Assembly (NCBI GenBank): GCA_964352405.1
Contig: CAYGRY010000005.1
Coordinates: 4,659-68,658, forward strand
DNA from: an uncultured Halobacteriovorax sp.
GTDB taxonomy: Bacteria > Bdellovibrionota > Bacteriovoracia > Bacteriovoracales > Bacteriovoracaceae
Length of the DNA stretch: 64,000 nt
Direction: 5' to 3'
Part shown: one piece after another, positions 20,129 to 29,990 of the stretch
Position numbering within the stretch: position 1 is the stretch's first letter
How the letters are laid out: each line of letters opens with the position of its first letter
Made by a program: the position numbers and the translations under genes
Notes under the pieces: model-generated
The model's database searches: none
The model's input: only the letters and a program-made list of their open reading frames with translations
What the model was told of the DNA's origin: nothing

Positions 20129-21010
20129 TTAACCGTTTTTAGCTTTTAATATTTTTTCCATTGTCTCACCAAGTTCAGCTGGTGATCTCGCAACGTTGAT
20201 TCCACATTGCTCAAGAATTCTAAATTTTGCTTCAGCTGTATCATCTCCACCAGAGATAATCGCTCCAGCATGACCCATACGTTTACCGGCAGGAGCAGAT
20301 GCACCAGCGATAAATGAAACTACAGGCTTAGTCATGTTCTTTTGGATCCAACGAGCAGCATCTGTTTCAGCAGATCCACCGATTTCACCAATCATGATCA
20401 CAGCTTCTGTATCTTTGTCTTTTTCAAACAGCTCAAGCATATCAATGAAGTTTGTTCCATTAACTGGGTCTCCACCAATACCAACACAAGTTGATTGACC
20501 AATTTCTCTTTGAGTTAATTGATAAACCGCTTCGTAAGTTAGTGTTCCTGAACGAGAGATAACACCGACTTTACCTGGCATATGAATATGACCTGGCATA
20601 ATACCGATCTTACACTCACCTGGAGTAATGATGCCTGGGCAGTTTGGTCCAATCAAGCGTGAGTTAGATTCCTTAAGAGCTCCCTTTACTTTGATCATAT
20701 CAACGATTGGAATACCTTCTGTGATCGCAATGATCAAAGGGATATTCGCATCAATACATTCAAGAATTGAATCGGCTGCAAAAGGAGGTGGAACAAAAAT
20801 CATAGCTGCGTTAGCACCTGTTTTTTCCACGGCTTCTTTCATTGTGTTAAAAACTGGAAAACCTTCATGAACTGTTCCGCCCTTACCAGGAGTTACGCCA
20901 CCAACAAAGTTAGTACCGTAATCGCGAGATTGAAGAGAATGGAAAGTTCCCTGTTTACCAGTGAAACCAACTGTTACGAGTTTGGTGTCGCGTCCAACTA
21001 AAATGGCCAT
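20129..21010 (-). CDS. sucD: succinate--CoA ligase subunit alpha
   Basis: [26 protein letters not shown] (phospho-His) motifs. Confidence 0.95.
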   Translation of the reverse strand: MAILVGRDTKLVTVGFTGKQGTFHSLQSRDYGTNFVGGVTPGKGGTVHEGFPVFNTMKEAVEKTGANAAMIFVPPPFAADSILECIDANIPLIIAITEGIPIVDMIKVKGALKESNSRLIGPNCPGIITPGECKIGIMPGHIHMPGKVGVISRSGTLTYEAVYQLTQREIGQSTCVGIGGDPVNGTNFIDMLELFEKDKDTEAVIMIGEIGGSAETDAARWIQKNMTKPVVSFIAGASAPAGKRMGHAGAIISGGDDTAEAKFRILEQCGINVARSPAELGETMEKILKAKNG

Positions 21011-22185
21011 TATGCCCCCTTACCTTGTACAGCATCGACAACCTTTTTCGCCGCATCGGCAAGATCGTCAGCTGCAATGATCGCTAGACCTGATTCATTA
21101 AGAATTTTTTTACCAAGAGCTACGTTAGTACCTTCAAGGCGAACAACCAGAGGAACTTTAACCCCTAATTCTTTCGCAGCACCAACAACACCTTCAGCGA
21201 TAATGTCACATTTCATGATTCCACCAAAGATGTTCACAAGAATGGCTTTAACTTTTTCATCAGAAAGAATAATTGAGAATGCTTTTTGAACAGTCTCTTT
21301 AGTCGCTCCGCCGCCCACGTCTAGGAAGTTGGCAGGCTCTCCGCCATGAAGCTTAATGATGTCCATTGTACCCATAGCAAGGCCAGCACCATTAACAAGA
21401 CAGCCAATATTGCCATCAAGAGAAATATAAGAAAGGCCGTATTTAGCCGCTTCTAATTCTTTTTCACTTTCTTCAGTTGGATCACGCATCTCTTCAATTT
21501 CAGGATGTCTAAACAACGCATTGTCATCAAAGTTTAGTTTTCCATCAAGAGCGATAACGTCACCGTCTTTCGTTGTCACAAGTGGATTGATTTCAGCAAT
21601 CGTACAATCCTTAGCAACATAAAGATTATAAAGACCTTCAAAGAAAGCCGATGCTTTTTTGATGACTTCTTTATCTTTCATACCGATACCGTAAGCAAGC
21701 TTTCTTCCAACGAATGGAGTGAAGCCAACGGCAGGATCGATAGCAACTTTGATAATTTTTTCAGGTGTTTCTTCAGCAACTTTTTCGATTTCTACGCCAC
21801 CTTCAGAAGATGCCATAAAAGTGATCTTGCCAGTTGCACGATCAAGAACAAGTCCTGCGTAGTACTCGTGATCGATGTCACAACCTTCTTCGATAAAAAG
21901 TGTTAATACTTTTTTACCTTCAGGTCCTGTTTGGTGAGTGACTAGAGTTTTACCAAGGATGTCTGTTGCGTGAGTCTTAACTTCATCAAGACTTTTTGCA
22001 AGCTTAACTCCTCCAGCTTTACCTCTTCCACCCGCATGGATTTGTGCTTTCACAACCCATACTTTTGTTTTTAAAGTTCCAGCAACTTTGACTGCTTCAT
22101 CTACAGTCTTAGCAACTTTACCGGCTAGAACCTTGATGCCGAATTGGCGCATAAGTTCTTTGGCTTGGTATTCGTGCACGTTCAT
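21010..22185 (-). CDS. sucC: succinate--CoA ligase subunit beta
   Basis: [43 protein letters not shown] motifs; 1-nt overlap with sucD. Confidence 0.95.
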   Translation of the reverse strand: MNVHEYQAKELMRQFGIKVLAGKVAKTVDEAVKVAGTLKTKVWVVKAQIHAGGRGKAGGVKLAKSLDEVKTHATDILGKTLVTHQTGPEGKKVLTLFIEEGCDIDHEYYAGLVLDRATGKITFMASSEGGVEIEKVAEETPEKIIKVAIDPAVGFTPFVGRKLAYGIGMKDKEVIKKASAFFEGLYNLYVAKDCTIAEINPLVTTKDGDVIALDGKLNFDDNALFRHPEIEEMRDPTEESEKELEAAKYGLSYISLDGNIGCLVNGAGLAMGTMDIIKLHGGEPANFLDVGGGATKETVQKAFSIILSDEKVKAILVNIFGGIMKCDIIAEGVVGAAKELGVKVPLVVRLEGTNVALGKKILNESGLAIIAADDLADAAKKVVDAVQGKGA

Positions 22186-22372
22186 GAATTTCTCCTCGGA
22201 AAATTTCCGTTTGGCAGTTGCACTCAGCGTGTCAGTTTAGATGGGCTCATATTAAGGGGTGGCATCGCATCCTGAAAGGAGCAATGCGCCCAAAACCGTT
22301 GATTTTTATGAGATCTTTGCAGACAAAATGCTTTTTTGCGAGAATGATTGTGGATAACTTGGAGATAACATC

Positions 22373-23260
22373 ATGAGTGTAAAATACCATACTTTAGAGC
22401 CTGCCTATTTTCGTCTCGATGGAGGCGCGATGTATGGGATTATTCCAAAACCTTTGTGGAATAAAGTTCATGAAGCCAACGAATCTAATCGGGTTGATAT
22501 GGCGCTACGTGTTTTAGCGATTGAAACTAAGACGCGCTTCATTATTATTGATACTGGAATTGGCGATTATCACGGCGATAAGTTTGATAGTCGCTTTGAT
22601 GTACGCGGAGAAAAAAATCCTTTAGCCAAAGCTATCGAAGCGATGGGAAGAAAAGCATCCGAAGTGACTGATCTGGTGATCTCTCACCTGCACTTCGATC
22701 ATGTTGGTGGCATTGGCGTCAAGAACGAGCAAGACGAGCTCGAAGCCGTCTTTAAAAATGCAAATCTTCATCTTCACCGTGATCATTGGGCTTATGCTCA
22801 CACACCTACAGAGCGTGATAGCGGCTCTTTTCATGCGCATAACTTTGATCCTATTGTCGATTTTTACCGCACAGGAAATAAGATCGTTTGGCATGAGGGA
22901 GAAAGCGGAACACTTTTAACTTATGATGATGGACAAGAACTTAACTTCAAATGTTCACACGGGCATACACCTTTTTTAATGCACCCGTATGACAATAAAT
23001 TTATTTACCTGGCTGATTTGATTCCTACTTCAAATCACGTTCATATCCCTTGGGTTATGGGTTACGACATTTCTCCAGGTGTTACGACCAAAGATAAGCG
23101 TCAATTTTTAGATTTTATTATCGAGAAAGATCTCACCATTATTTATGAGCACGATCCTAAATATTGGGGTTCTAAGGTTGTCACGGATATAAAAACTGGC
23201 TTCGCCGTAAACCAACCACAAGCAACCACTAAGTCTACGATTCAAAGACTTGAATTATAA
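22373..23260 (+). CDS. MBL-fold metallo-hydrolase
   Basis: ISHLHFDHVGG (HxHxDH) plus downstream His and Asp residues. Confidence 0.8.
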   Translation: MSVKYHTLEPAYFRLDGGAMYGIIPKPLWNKVHEANESNRVDMALRVLAIETKTRFIIIDTGIGDYHGDKFDSRFDVRGEKNPLAKAIEAMGRKASEVTDLVISHLHFDHVGGIGVKNEQDELEAVFKNANLHLHRDHWAYAHTPTERDSGSFHAHNFDPIVDFYRTGNKIVWHEGESGTLLTYDDGQELNFKCSHGHTPFLMHPYDNKFIYLADLIPTSNHVHIPWVMGYDISPGVTTKDKRQFLDFIIEKDLTIIYEHDPKYWGSKVVTDIKTGFAVNQPQATTKSTIQRLEL

Positions 23261-24795
23261 TTGGTTTTAAGTTCTTCAATATCTTTTTTAAGACTAGTTA
23301 GTCGCTGATCAATTTTTAATTTTAGAGGCTCATAAAGTTCTTTAAAGCGTGCTTTCATTTTTGTTTTATCTGCTTTTCTATACTGTTTGATCGCTTTTGA
23401 TTCAGCTGATAATAAGCTTGCCACTTCTCCAAGTTGTTTAGCACTCTCTTCTATCTCACGATATAGCCTTGAAAGCATCGGGCTTTGCTCTTCAAGCTTA
23501 GTCGCCTGATCCATTGAATCTAGAATTAAAGATTGAAGAACCGGTGCAATGTCTTTGGCGTATCCTTGATCATATCTTTTAAAAGCTCGCCAAGTAACAG
23601 CGACATCAAGACGTTGGTGCCATAATTCATCAAGCTTACTGGCCATCTGAGAAAGTGTTTCATATTTTTCAAGTCGATACTGCAACGGCTTTGAAAGTGA
23701 GTCCCAAATCTTTTCTCTAAACTCTTGAAGATCACCGTTAAACTTATTGGCCGAACCTTCATAGAAACTTAATCGTCCTTGAAAGACATAACCACGAGAA
23801 TTAAATTGAACCCAGTCCATTGACTTAAACCATGGGTATGCTGACAGTATTGATGCCAGTCTTGCAGTCGTTCCCTTCGGTTTAACAGCAAGCTCATAAG
23901 TATACTCACCGCGAATCCAGTTCGTAGTTTGAACAAATTCAAATCGCTTAAACGGCACGAGTCCTTGAACCAGCTCCCCTTGAGACATAATTTCGACGGT
24001 GTCTGTTGATAAGATACGTCCAGGTATACTAGCGAGTTTTAAAAAGGCTTCACCTTCTAAGACTCCTGGAACTGCGGCCCAAATGACGTTTGAGTCTTTT
24101 GTCATGCGAACAATATGAGCAGATTTATGATCAATAATGACTTGATTAAATTGCTCGATATCGGCAGCCTCAAGACCAATCAAATCATAAGTTTGCAATC
24201 TGAATTGAGTAAACCAAACAACAGTAGCAAGAAGTGCAAATCCAGCAGCGATACCAGCACCAATTTTAAGCCATGGTCTTGATGTATCATTATCTTCAAT
24301 TATTGAAGATTCAAAATTTATATTGGGGGACGTCTTATCTTCATCAGTATTTATATCATGTTGGTGTTGACGCGGAAGATCTGGTACCTGGGCTTGATGA
24401 GAGGTCTCATCTAGGGACGACTCTAACTGTGAATCGTGGATGGCAACATGATCAATGGCCATTGAAACTTCGTCAGGCAGTGGCGGCAACTCAATATCTA
24501 CATCACTTGCGCTACGCAAAAGAAGATTGTGATCTTGGTCTGTTTCAATTGTTTCTGGAGATGATATTGGAGGCTTTTCTTCTATCTCAGCTTGTTCTTT
24601 GAAAATTAGATCTTTAAAAATTGTTTGATCAGCAAATGGAAGCCACGTTCCACCACCCTCTTTCCACACCAAATCTTTATGACCAATTACCCCAAGCGCG
24701 AAAAGATTAACCATCTCATCGGTTTGGTAAGGTCCACGGTGTTGATCACCTTTAAAAATGAACCACTGTCCATCATGATCTGAATGCTGTTTCAT
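23242..24795 (-). CDS. GYF_2 (DUF4339)-domain single-pass membrane protein
   Basis: N-terminus DGQWFIFKGDQHRGPYQTDEMVNLFALGVIGHKDLVWKEGGGTWLPF, acidic linker, TM segment IGAGIAAGFALLATVVWF, large C-terminal domain; start taken at the ATG at 24795. Confidence 0.65.
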   Translation of the reverse strand: MKQHSDHDGQWFIFKGDQHRGPYQTDEMVNLFALGVIGHKDLVWKEGGGTWLPFADQTIFKDLIFKEQAEIEEKPPISSPETIETDQDHNLLLRSASDVDIELPPLPDEVSMAIDHVAIHDSQLESSLDETSHQAQVPDLPRQHQHDINTDEDKTSPNINFESSIIEDNDTSRPWLKIGAGIAAGFALLATVVWFTQFRLQTYDLIGLEAADIEQFNQVIIDHKSAHIVRMTKDSNVIWAAVPGVLEGEAFLKLASIPGRILSTDTVEIMSQGELVQGLVPFKRFEFVQTTNWIRGEYTYELAVKPKGTTARLASILSAYPWFKSMDWVQFNSRGYVFQGRLSFYEGSANKFNGDLQEFREKIWDSLSKPLQYRLEKYETLSQMASKLDELWHQRLDVAVTWRAFKRYDQGYAKDIAPVLQSLILDSMDQATKLEEQSPMLSRLYREIEESAKQLGEVASLLSAESKAIKQYRKADKTKMKARFKELYEPLKLKIDQRLTSLKKDIEELKTNYNSSL

Positions 24796-24819
24796 AATAA
24801 CTATGTTATCCTGCCATGC

Positions 24820-25737
24820 ATGAAACCCCAAGATAAAAGTCACAAAGAGATTCAAAAGATTTTAAGCCGTCGTGGTGAAGATCAAATCAAATCGTTCATA
24901 AGTGATGATCAATGTGAAAAGATTATTCTCACAGCTGCCAACGATATAGGAGTAATTCGCAATGGTGGTCGGCGTGGAGCGGCTTTTGGCCCAAGCTGTA
25001 TCATCAATGCTTTTAAGAAATTTGCCTCACATTCAAAAGATAATAAAAAAATTCAAATCGTGGAAGTCGCTGGCGGTGAATTAGACTTCAATCAAATGCA
25101 ATCACTAGAAATTAAGAATATTAAAAGTTCTCTCGATCTCTTTAAAAGAACCCACATATGTCACCTTGGTGGAGGTCATGACCATATTTATCCATTAGTC
25201 ATGGCCATGGCACAACATTTCGACAAGAAAATACATATCATCAATATTGATGCTCATCTCGATACTCGTCTCGATGATTTTTTTCATTCAGGCACTCCAT
25301 TTAGACAACTCAAAAATAATTTAAAAAATAATCTTCGAGTGACTCAATTAGGCATTCAAGAAATTTCCAATGTTGAATCAAACTGGAATTCAATTGAAAT
25401 GAATGTTCACCTTCTTAGTAAACTCGAAGAAGAACTTGATTATTTTAATAATCTCGATGCTAATCTGGTTGATAAAATATTAGATATAAAGAACGAAGAG
25501 CTCACCGTTTTTAGTCTCGATCTTGATGCCATCAAAGGTTATGAGTTCAGTGCAGTAAGTGCAGTCAATCCACTTGGACTGCCACTAAACTTCATTCATA
25601 GGCTCTTAAGTCGTTATCTTTCGAAAGTTGATATCAAACTCGTAGGTCTCTATGAGTACAATCCAATGTTTGACGACCTTGCTGCTAAAGATGCAAAGGT
25701 TTGCGCCGAGCTTGTTAAGCAATCACTTCAAGTTTAA
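24820..25737 (+). CDS. arginase-family hydrolase (formimidoylglutamase/agmatinase-like)
   Basis: GGGHDHIYP, INIDAHLDTR and SLDLDA Mn-binding motifs of the ureohydrolase family; start could be 24784 or 24820. Confidence 0.75.
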   Translation: MKPQDKSHKEIQKILSRRGEDQIKSFISDDQCEKIILTAANDIGVIRNGGRRGAAFGPSCIINAFKKFASHSKDNKKIQIVEVAGGELDFNQMQSLEIKNIKSSLDLFKRTHICHLGGGHDHIYPLVMAMAQHFDKKIHIINIDAHLDTRLDDFFHSGTPFRQLKNNLKNNLRVTQLGIQEISNVESNWNSIEMNVHLLSKLEEELDYFNNLDANLVDKILDIKNEELTVFSLDLDAIKGYEFSAVSAVNPLGLPLNFIHRLLSRYLSKVDIKLVGLYEYNPMFDDLAAKDAKVCAELVKQSLQV

Positions 25738-25775
25738 ATATTAAATGAAATTTTTTGGAGCCTAAAAACAAAAAA

Positions 25776-25798
25776 CCCTAGCTTTCACTAGGGTTTTT
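25776..25798 (+). terminator. rho-independent terminator
   Basis: CCCTAG-CTTTCA-CTAGGG followed by TTTTTC. Confidence 0.65.
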
Positions 25799-26003
25799 CG
25801 AGAGACATTTGATGGAGTTTTGAATCAATCCTAGATTCTAGGCTCCTACACACACACACTAATACCTATTGCATAGAGTGTGCCAACTTTTAAAAGTCCT
25901 AATTCTGGAACTAACTATATGATTTTATATAAATCGAACGTTCAAAGGCAGTCATATTTTTGACGAAAGCCAGTTTTTCGCGACGAGCATCTGACGATCT
26001 TAT

Positions 26004-26246
26004 CTAACCTCGGCCAGCTAAAAACTGAGAGAGTCTTTGAACTGCAGTTTGAAGTGCGTCATCAGCCTGCTCTAGTTTGTAGAGCGTGTCTACATGATGC
26101 CAAATCTTTCGAGACTCTTTTTGCACAATATCAATTTCGACGACGAAGCCATCTGAGTGTAAATTAAGCGTAATCCTACCAAGACGATGTTGGTCGCTAT
26201 CGATATTAACAAAAAAGTCTTGTGGGTATTCTGTTTTACTATTCAT
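26004..26246 (-). CDS. 80-aa hypothetical protein (intact copy of a duplicated small gene)
   Basis: Uninterrupted ORF; a degraded paralogue at 26983-27118 shows the sequence was under selection as coding. Confidence 0.55.
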   Translation of the reverse strand: MNSKTEYPQDFFVNIDSDQHRLGRITLNLHSDGFVVEIDIVQKESRKIWHHVDTLYKLEQADDALQTAVQRLSQFLAGRG

Positions 26247-26264
26247 TTTTTAAAGGATTAACAA

Positions 26265-26819
26265 ATGCGCTACTTACTGACTATGCTTTTTATTCTTCCG
26301 CTCACAACTCACGCCTGCCTAGAGCTTCAAAAGGATTCCGTTAAGGTTCAATGGACTGGCTATAAAACCGCTGCAAAAGTTGGAGTGAGTGGCGTTTTCA
26401 CTGATATAAAGCATGAAGGAAAGACAAAGGCTGAAACAATTGACGATTTGATTCATGGAGCTAGCCTAACCATAAATCTTTTAACTCCAAGCAGTGGAAA
26501 TACTGCAAGGGATGCAAACTTAAAGGATAAATTTTTTAAACTCATAGGAAAAGAAGCCTCTGCAAAAGTAAATAAAATAGAAAAAGGTTTGGCTCGTGTA
26601 AGTTTAAAGATGGGAAAAAAATCAGTAGATGTTTCTTTAGTTCCAGATCTTAAAGATGATGTTCTAACTTTGTCAGGTACACTCGATATTTTTGACTTTG
26701 CTATTGAAAGTGCTTTTGCCTCCATTTCAAAAACCTGTCGTGCTCTTCATGAAGGCAAAACTTGGAATGACGTTGCAATAAAAGTTATAGCGAACGTCAC
26801 CCCTTGTAAGGCTCAGTGA
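26265..26819 (+). CDS. YceI-like periplasmic protein
   Basis: Signal peptide; VQWTGYKTAAKVGVSGVF and SSGNTARDANLKDKFF resemble YceI-family motifs. Confidence 0.7.
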   Translation: MRYLLTMLFILPLTTHACLELQKDSVKVQWTGYKTAAKVGVSGVFTDIKHEGKTKAETIDDLIHGASLTINLLTPSSGNTARDANLKDKFFKLIGKEASAKVNKIEKGLARVSLKMGKKSVDVSLVPDLKDDVLTLSGTLDIFDFAIESAFASISKTCRALHEGKTWNDVAIKVIANVTPCKAQ

Positions 26820-26953
26820 TCTAAACCAGATTTTCTGATATGTACTTTTGGCTTAGCCTCACTCTCAAAAACGTTTGAGACTAAGACTTCAGCAGTTGTT
26901 ACAATAAAAAGACCTGATGAAATATGTCCAACTGCTGCTGCGATATCGCTCAT
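26813..26953 (-). pseudogene. internally deleted (in-frame) remnant of a flavin-reductase-like gene, paralogous to 29991-30455
   Basis: The 46-codon ORF MSDIAAAVGHISSGLFIVTT+AEVLVSNVFESEAKPKVHIRKSGLDH matches the first 20 aa and last 26 aa of the 154-aa protein MSDKAQAVGHIPSGLFIVTT...AEVIASDVNETEAKPKVHIRKSGLDY. Confidence 0.75.
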
Positions 26954-26982
26954 AATTTTTTATCTTTGGAAAAATCTCAGTC

Positions 26983-27118
26983 TTACCAAATTTTACGCGA
27001 CTCTTTTTGAACAATATCGATTTCGACTTTGAAAGTTTCACCGTGAAGATTTAGCGTAATTCTTCTGGTTTTCAATATTAACAAAATAGTCTTGAGGATA
27101 TTCAATTCGATGGCTAAT
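26983..27118 (-). pseudogene. frameshifted, start-less remnant of the 80-aa gene (paralogue of 26004-26246)
   Basis: One frame gives EYPQDYFVNIENQ and another gives ITLNLHGETFKVEIDIVQKESRKIW*, against intact EYPQDFFVNIDSDQHRLGRITLNLHSDGFVVEIDIVQKESRKIWHH; the codon aligned to the ATG is ATT. Confidence 0.75.
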
Positions 27119-27162
27119 GATTAACAAATACACATCATGATGACTACGAATATCAATCAAAA

Positions 27163-29829
27163 CTATTGCAGACCACAATTTTTAAGATCTGATAGCTGCA
27201 AGTGAATATTTGAAGAAGCTGCTTCGCCGTAAAGAACATTATCATGATAATCAAAATATGATACTTCATGCATTCTTCTAAAACTCTCAGCAAAATGCTT
27301 ACCAGCATCATATGTATCATCGAACATAGTTTTTGGTTTATAAGGATTTTTATACTCTTGATAAGGAGTTGATTCATAATCCAGTAACTGTTCTAGTTCA
27401 TACTTACTTTTTAATGCTTTTTCACCAACTTCCGCACAAGCACTGAACAAGTTCTTCTTAGTATCAATCTGAGCACAGTCATTATTATAGCCGGCAGCAG
27501 CTAATGAATTACCAATTCCATTTCCAATACCAAAAGTTAAGACACCACAAAGTGTATTTTTACCATTCAGTTCAACATCAAACACATTCACATACTCAGT
27601 ATAGGTTTTTGATAAATTCGGAGTAAATGGAGGTGCCCCCCCCGGCAAGCTTGCACCAACAGAAGCACCAATCGTAAAGCCATGACATTTACCTAGAAAC
27701 CCACCACCTAATCTTCCATTTTCATCTTTTAACATCTGATCCATAAAGACTTTTAATCTGTCATATTGTTCTTCATCGCCTCCGACGGTCTGAACATACT
27801 CGTCAAAAAGTTCATTTAATGGTTGGTGAAAAAATTTGGTCGTTTCACCATCACTTAGAGGAGAATCGTTAATGAGAATACTGTCTAGATTATTTTCTTT
27901 TACTTCTGGATTAAGTTCTTCAATTTGCTTGTTAACTTGTGACTGAAACAACAAAGAACCAATACCTTTAATTCCACGAATCACTTCTTGTTCTGATATA
28001 TATGAAGTTAATGCAACTGCACCTAAAGCATATTTTCTATCTTTGCTTGTTCTATTAATTGCAAACTGAAAAAACTTTTCCATTTGCTCTTTGAATTTTA
28101 CTGAATTTTGACCATTGCCACCAAACTTAGCTTCTCTAAGAGCAATGTTGCCACGGCCTTGATCAATACCAATACCAATGGTAGCACTTAAGGCAGTATC
28201 AACTCCAAGTACTGACCCGCCAAAACCAACCCCAGTATTTTGAAATCCCCCCTCATAATCACCGGCTTGACGACAATCTCCGAAGGTTTGAATTTTTCCT
28301 ACATTTAATGATGCCGAAGCACCAACTCCAAGTCCATAACTCGCGCCCCCGCCTGCGGCACAATAACAGTTCAACTTTAAACTACTCTCATCTATTGCCG
28401 CTTGAATTGGATCTTGTTGTGACAAACACTCAATTCCACCTTCAATCTGTAGAAATTTTCCAGCACCAGCAGTAAGAGCTCCACTAATACCAATGCCGTG
28501 TCTTGAACCACTATGATCACAGCTCTCTGGCGATAATGCTCCCTCTTTACCAGCGGCTAATACTTTCGAGTAACTACTTGGGTCCATGAGTAATTCTGAT
28601 TGCCCTCGCTCACTTCTTCTTTCTTTTAAAACCTCGAGCATTTGAAGTCTTTCTCGATCACGAATATTCTGAATTTCTCTTAATAGAGCATCTCTTGGCA
28701 TGCCATTTGTTAGAGCATTAATGTATTCTTGCTTATTTTCTTCCCAAATCTTTGGATCAACTTCACCTGCGATTGCCTCAATTGAGTCTTTATATTTTTT
28801 ATCACAAAGAGATTTTTGTTCTTTTAAAAGATTTTTATCAGCTTCATCAAAAAATCTTAATGCTTCAAGATGCATGCCTCTTAATGAGTTTGAACATGAA
28901 GATGGATCACTAAGTGGACTGGCCTTGAAGGCTTCAGAAACTGTCTGGTGACCAGTCATTATATTAGCTTTTGCTTGATTATAAATTTGAGATGAAGTTG
29001 GTGCATTACCTCTATCTAAACCTGCTGATTCTTTCCTAAATAATTGCTCTGTCTGAGTCCGTGTCAATCCCAAATTTGGTTGATTAGCTACCAGTTTTGG
29101 TTGTTCAACTTCAACTGTATTTTGTTTCATTTGCGCTCTAAGCTGACTTTGATAAGGTGTTTTATCATTAGCTAATTCATTGTTTAAATGACTACACCAT
29201 CTAGGAATAAACTTGGCCGTTTCAGCTTGAAAATCTGTTTCAGCTCCAAGATTTGCAAATATATTACTCTCATCATTTACTTTTTTACTTTCGGCCTCAT
29301 CTGCAATCGCAATATATGCACCAATGTTATTAACAGTGCTTCTTGCGTTGTTACAGTAATTCTTATTGGAGTAGTAATTGTGAGAATTAGAGCAATGTTT
29401 TTTGTACCAATTCGTAATTTTATCAATAACTGCTTGTTTCGCATAAAAGCGACAAAAACTTGAAGAGCCGCTTTCTTTCATTGCTTGTTCTAATTGGTAC
29501 AGGCCAGTATTATTGTACCAAGAAGAAATATTTCTTTTTACTGGTACCATGACGTTAGGACTGGCTTTATATTCAACATCTCTATTTTCATAACCTTTGC
29601 CACCAGAAGTGTGAATATATTCAAACTTAGTACAATTTTCTTTTCCTTGATTACTACCAATACCAAGAGCACAGTGACTTAGATCATTCTGAAGGTGACT
29701 CTCTTTAAAAAAATTTGGATCAGCTTTACTAATTTCCTCATCACAATTTTTTGCACGCGCAATTTCATAGATATTACCGCTTGCAATATTTGCACTTAGA
29801 GAAAATATGAAAAGAAAGATGATTCTCAT
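27163..29829 (-). CDS. large secreted Cys-rich protein with Gly/Ala/Ser-rich segments, function unknown
   Basis: 888 aa with signal peptide MRIIFLFIFSLSANIASG; about 19 Cys; segments such as GIGISGALTAGAG, AAGGGASYGLGVGASAS, GVGFGGSVLGVDTALSATIGIGIDQG, FGIGNGIGNSLAAAG. Confidence 0.8.
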   Translation of the reverse strand: MRIIFLFIFSLSANIASGNIYEIARAKNCDEEISKADPNFFKESHLQNDLSHCALGIGSNQGKENCTKFEYIHTSGGKGYENRDVEYKASPNVMVPVKRNISSWYNNTGLYQLEQAMKESGSSSFCRFYAKQAVIDKITNWYKKHCSNSHNYYSNKNYCNNARSTVNNIGAYIAIADEAESKKVNDESNIFANLGAETDFQAETAKFIPRWCSHLNNELANDKTPYQSQLRAQMKQNTVEVEQPKLVANQPNLGLTRTQTEQLFRKESAGLDRGNAPTSSQIYNQAKANIMTGHQTVSEAFKASPLSDPSSCSNSLRGMHLEALRFFDEADKNLLKEQKSLCDKKYKDSIEAIAGEVDPKIWEENKQEYINALTNGMPRDALLREIQNIRDRERLQMLEVLKERRSERGQSELLMDPSSYSKVLAAGKEGALSPESCDHSGSRHGIGISGALTAGAGKFLQIEGGIECLSQQDPIQAAIDESSLKLNCYCAAGGGASYGLGVGASASLNVGKIQTFGDCRQAGDYEGGFQNTGVGFGGSVLGVDTALSATIGIGIDQGRGNIALREAKFGGNGQNSVKFKEQMEKFFQFAINRTSKDRKYALGAVALTSYISEQEVIRGIKGIGSLLFQSQVNKQIEELNPEVKENNLDSILINDSPLSDGETTKFFHQPLNELFDEYVQTVGGDEEQYDRLKVFMDQMLKDENGRLGGGFLGKCHGFTIGASVGASLPGGAPPFTPNLSKTYTEYVNVFDVELNGKNTLCGVLTFGIGNGIGNSLAAAGYNNDCAQIDTKKNLFSACAEVGEKALKSKYELEQLLDYESTPYQEYKNPYKPKTMFDDTYDAGKHFAESFRRMHEVSYFDYHDNVLYGEAASSNIHLQLSDLKNCGLQ

Positions 29830-29838
29830 AGACTATTC

Positions 29839-29866
29839 TTATCGGCTAATTTTCTTATAGACTAAA
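29839..29866 (-). promoter_or_regulatory. possible sigma-28-type promoter of the 888-aa gene
   Basis: Minus strand reads TTTAGTCT-N12-GCCGATAA; the -10 ends 9 nt before the ATG at 29829 and there is no Shine-Dalgarno sequence. Confidence 0.35.
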
Positions 29867-29990
29867 GAATACTTAATGAGTCTCAAATCATATAATTTCC
29901 CAGACGTCACCACCTAAGCTATTGAAATCACATAAATTAATAAACTCAATATTTTGGCATTAAGAATAATGCATTCATCAGACAATTATT

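Noticed and set aside
22212-22222. TGGCAGTTGCA resembling a sigma-54 -24/-12 element
   Set aside because: The GG and GC dinucleotides are only 7 nt apart instead of the required spacing in TGGCAC-N5-TTGCA, and the orientation and position do not serve either flanking gene well.
25848-25859. (AC)6 microsatellite as a possible phase-variation tract
   Set aside because: It is too short, and it is not inside or immediately upstream of any ORF or promoter I can define.
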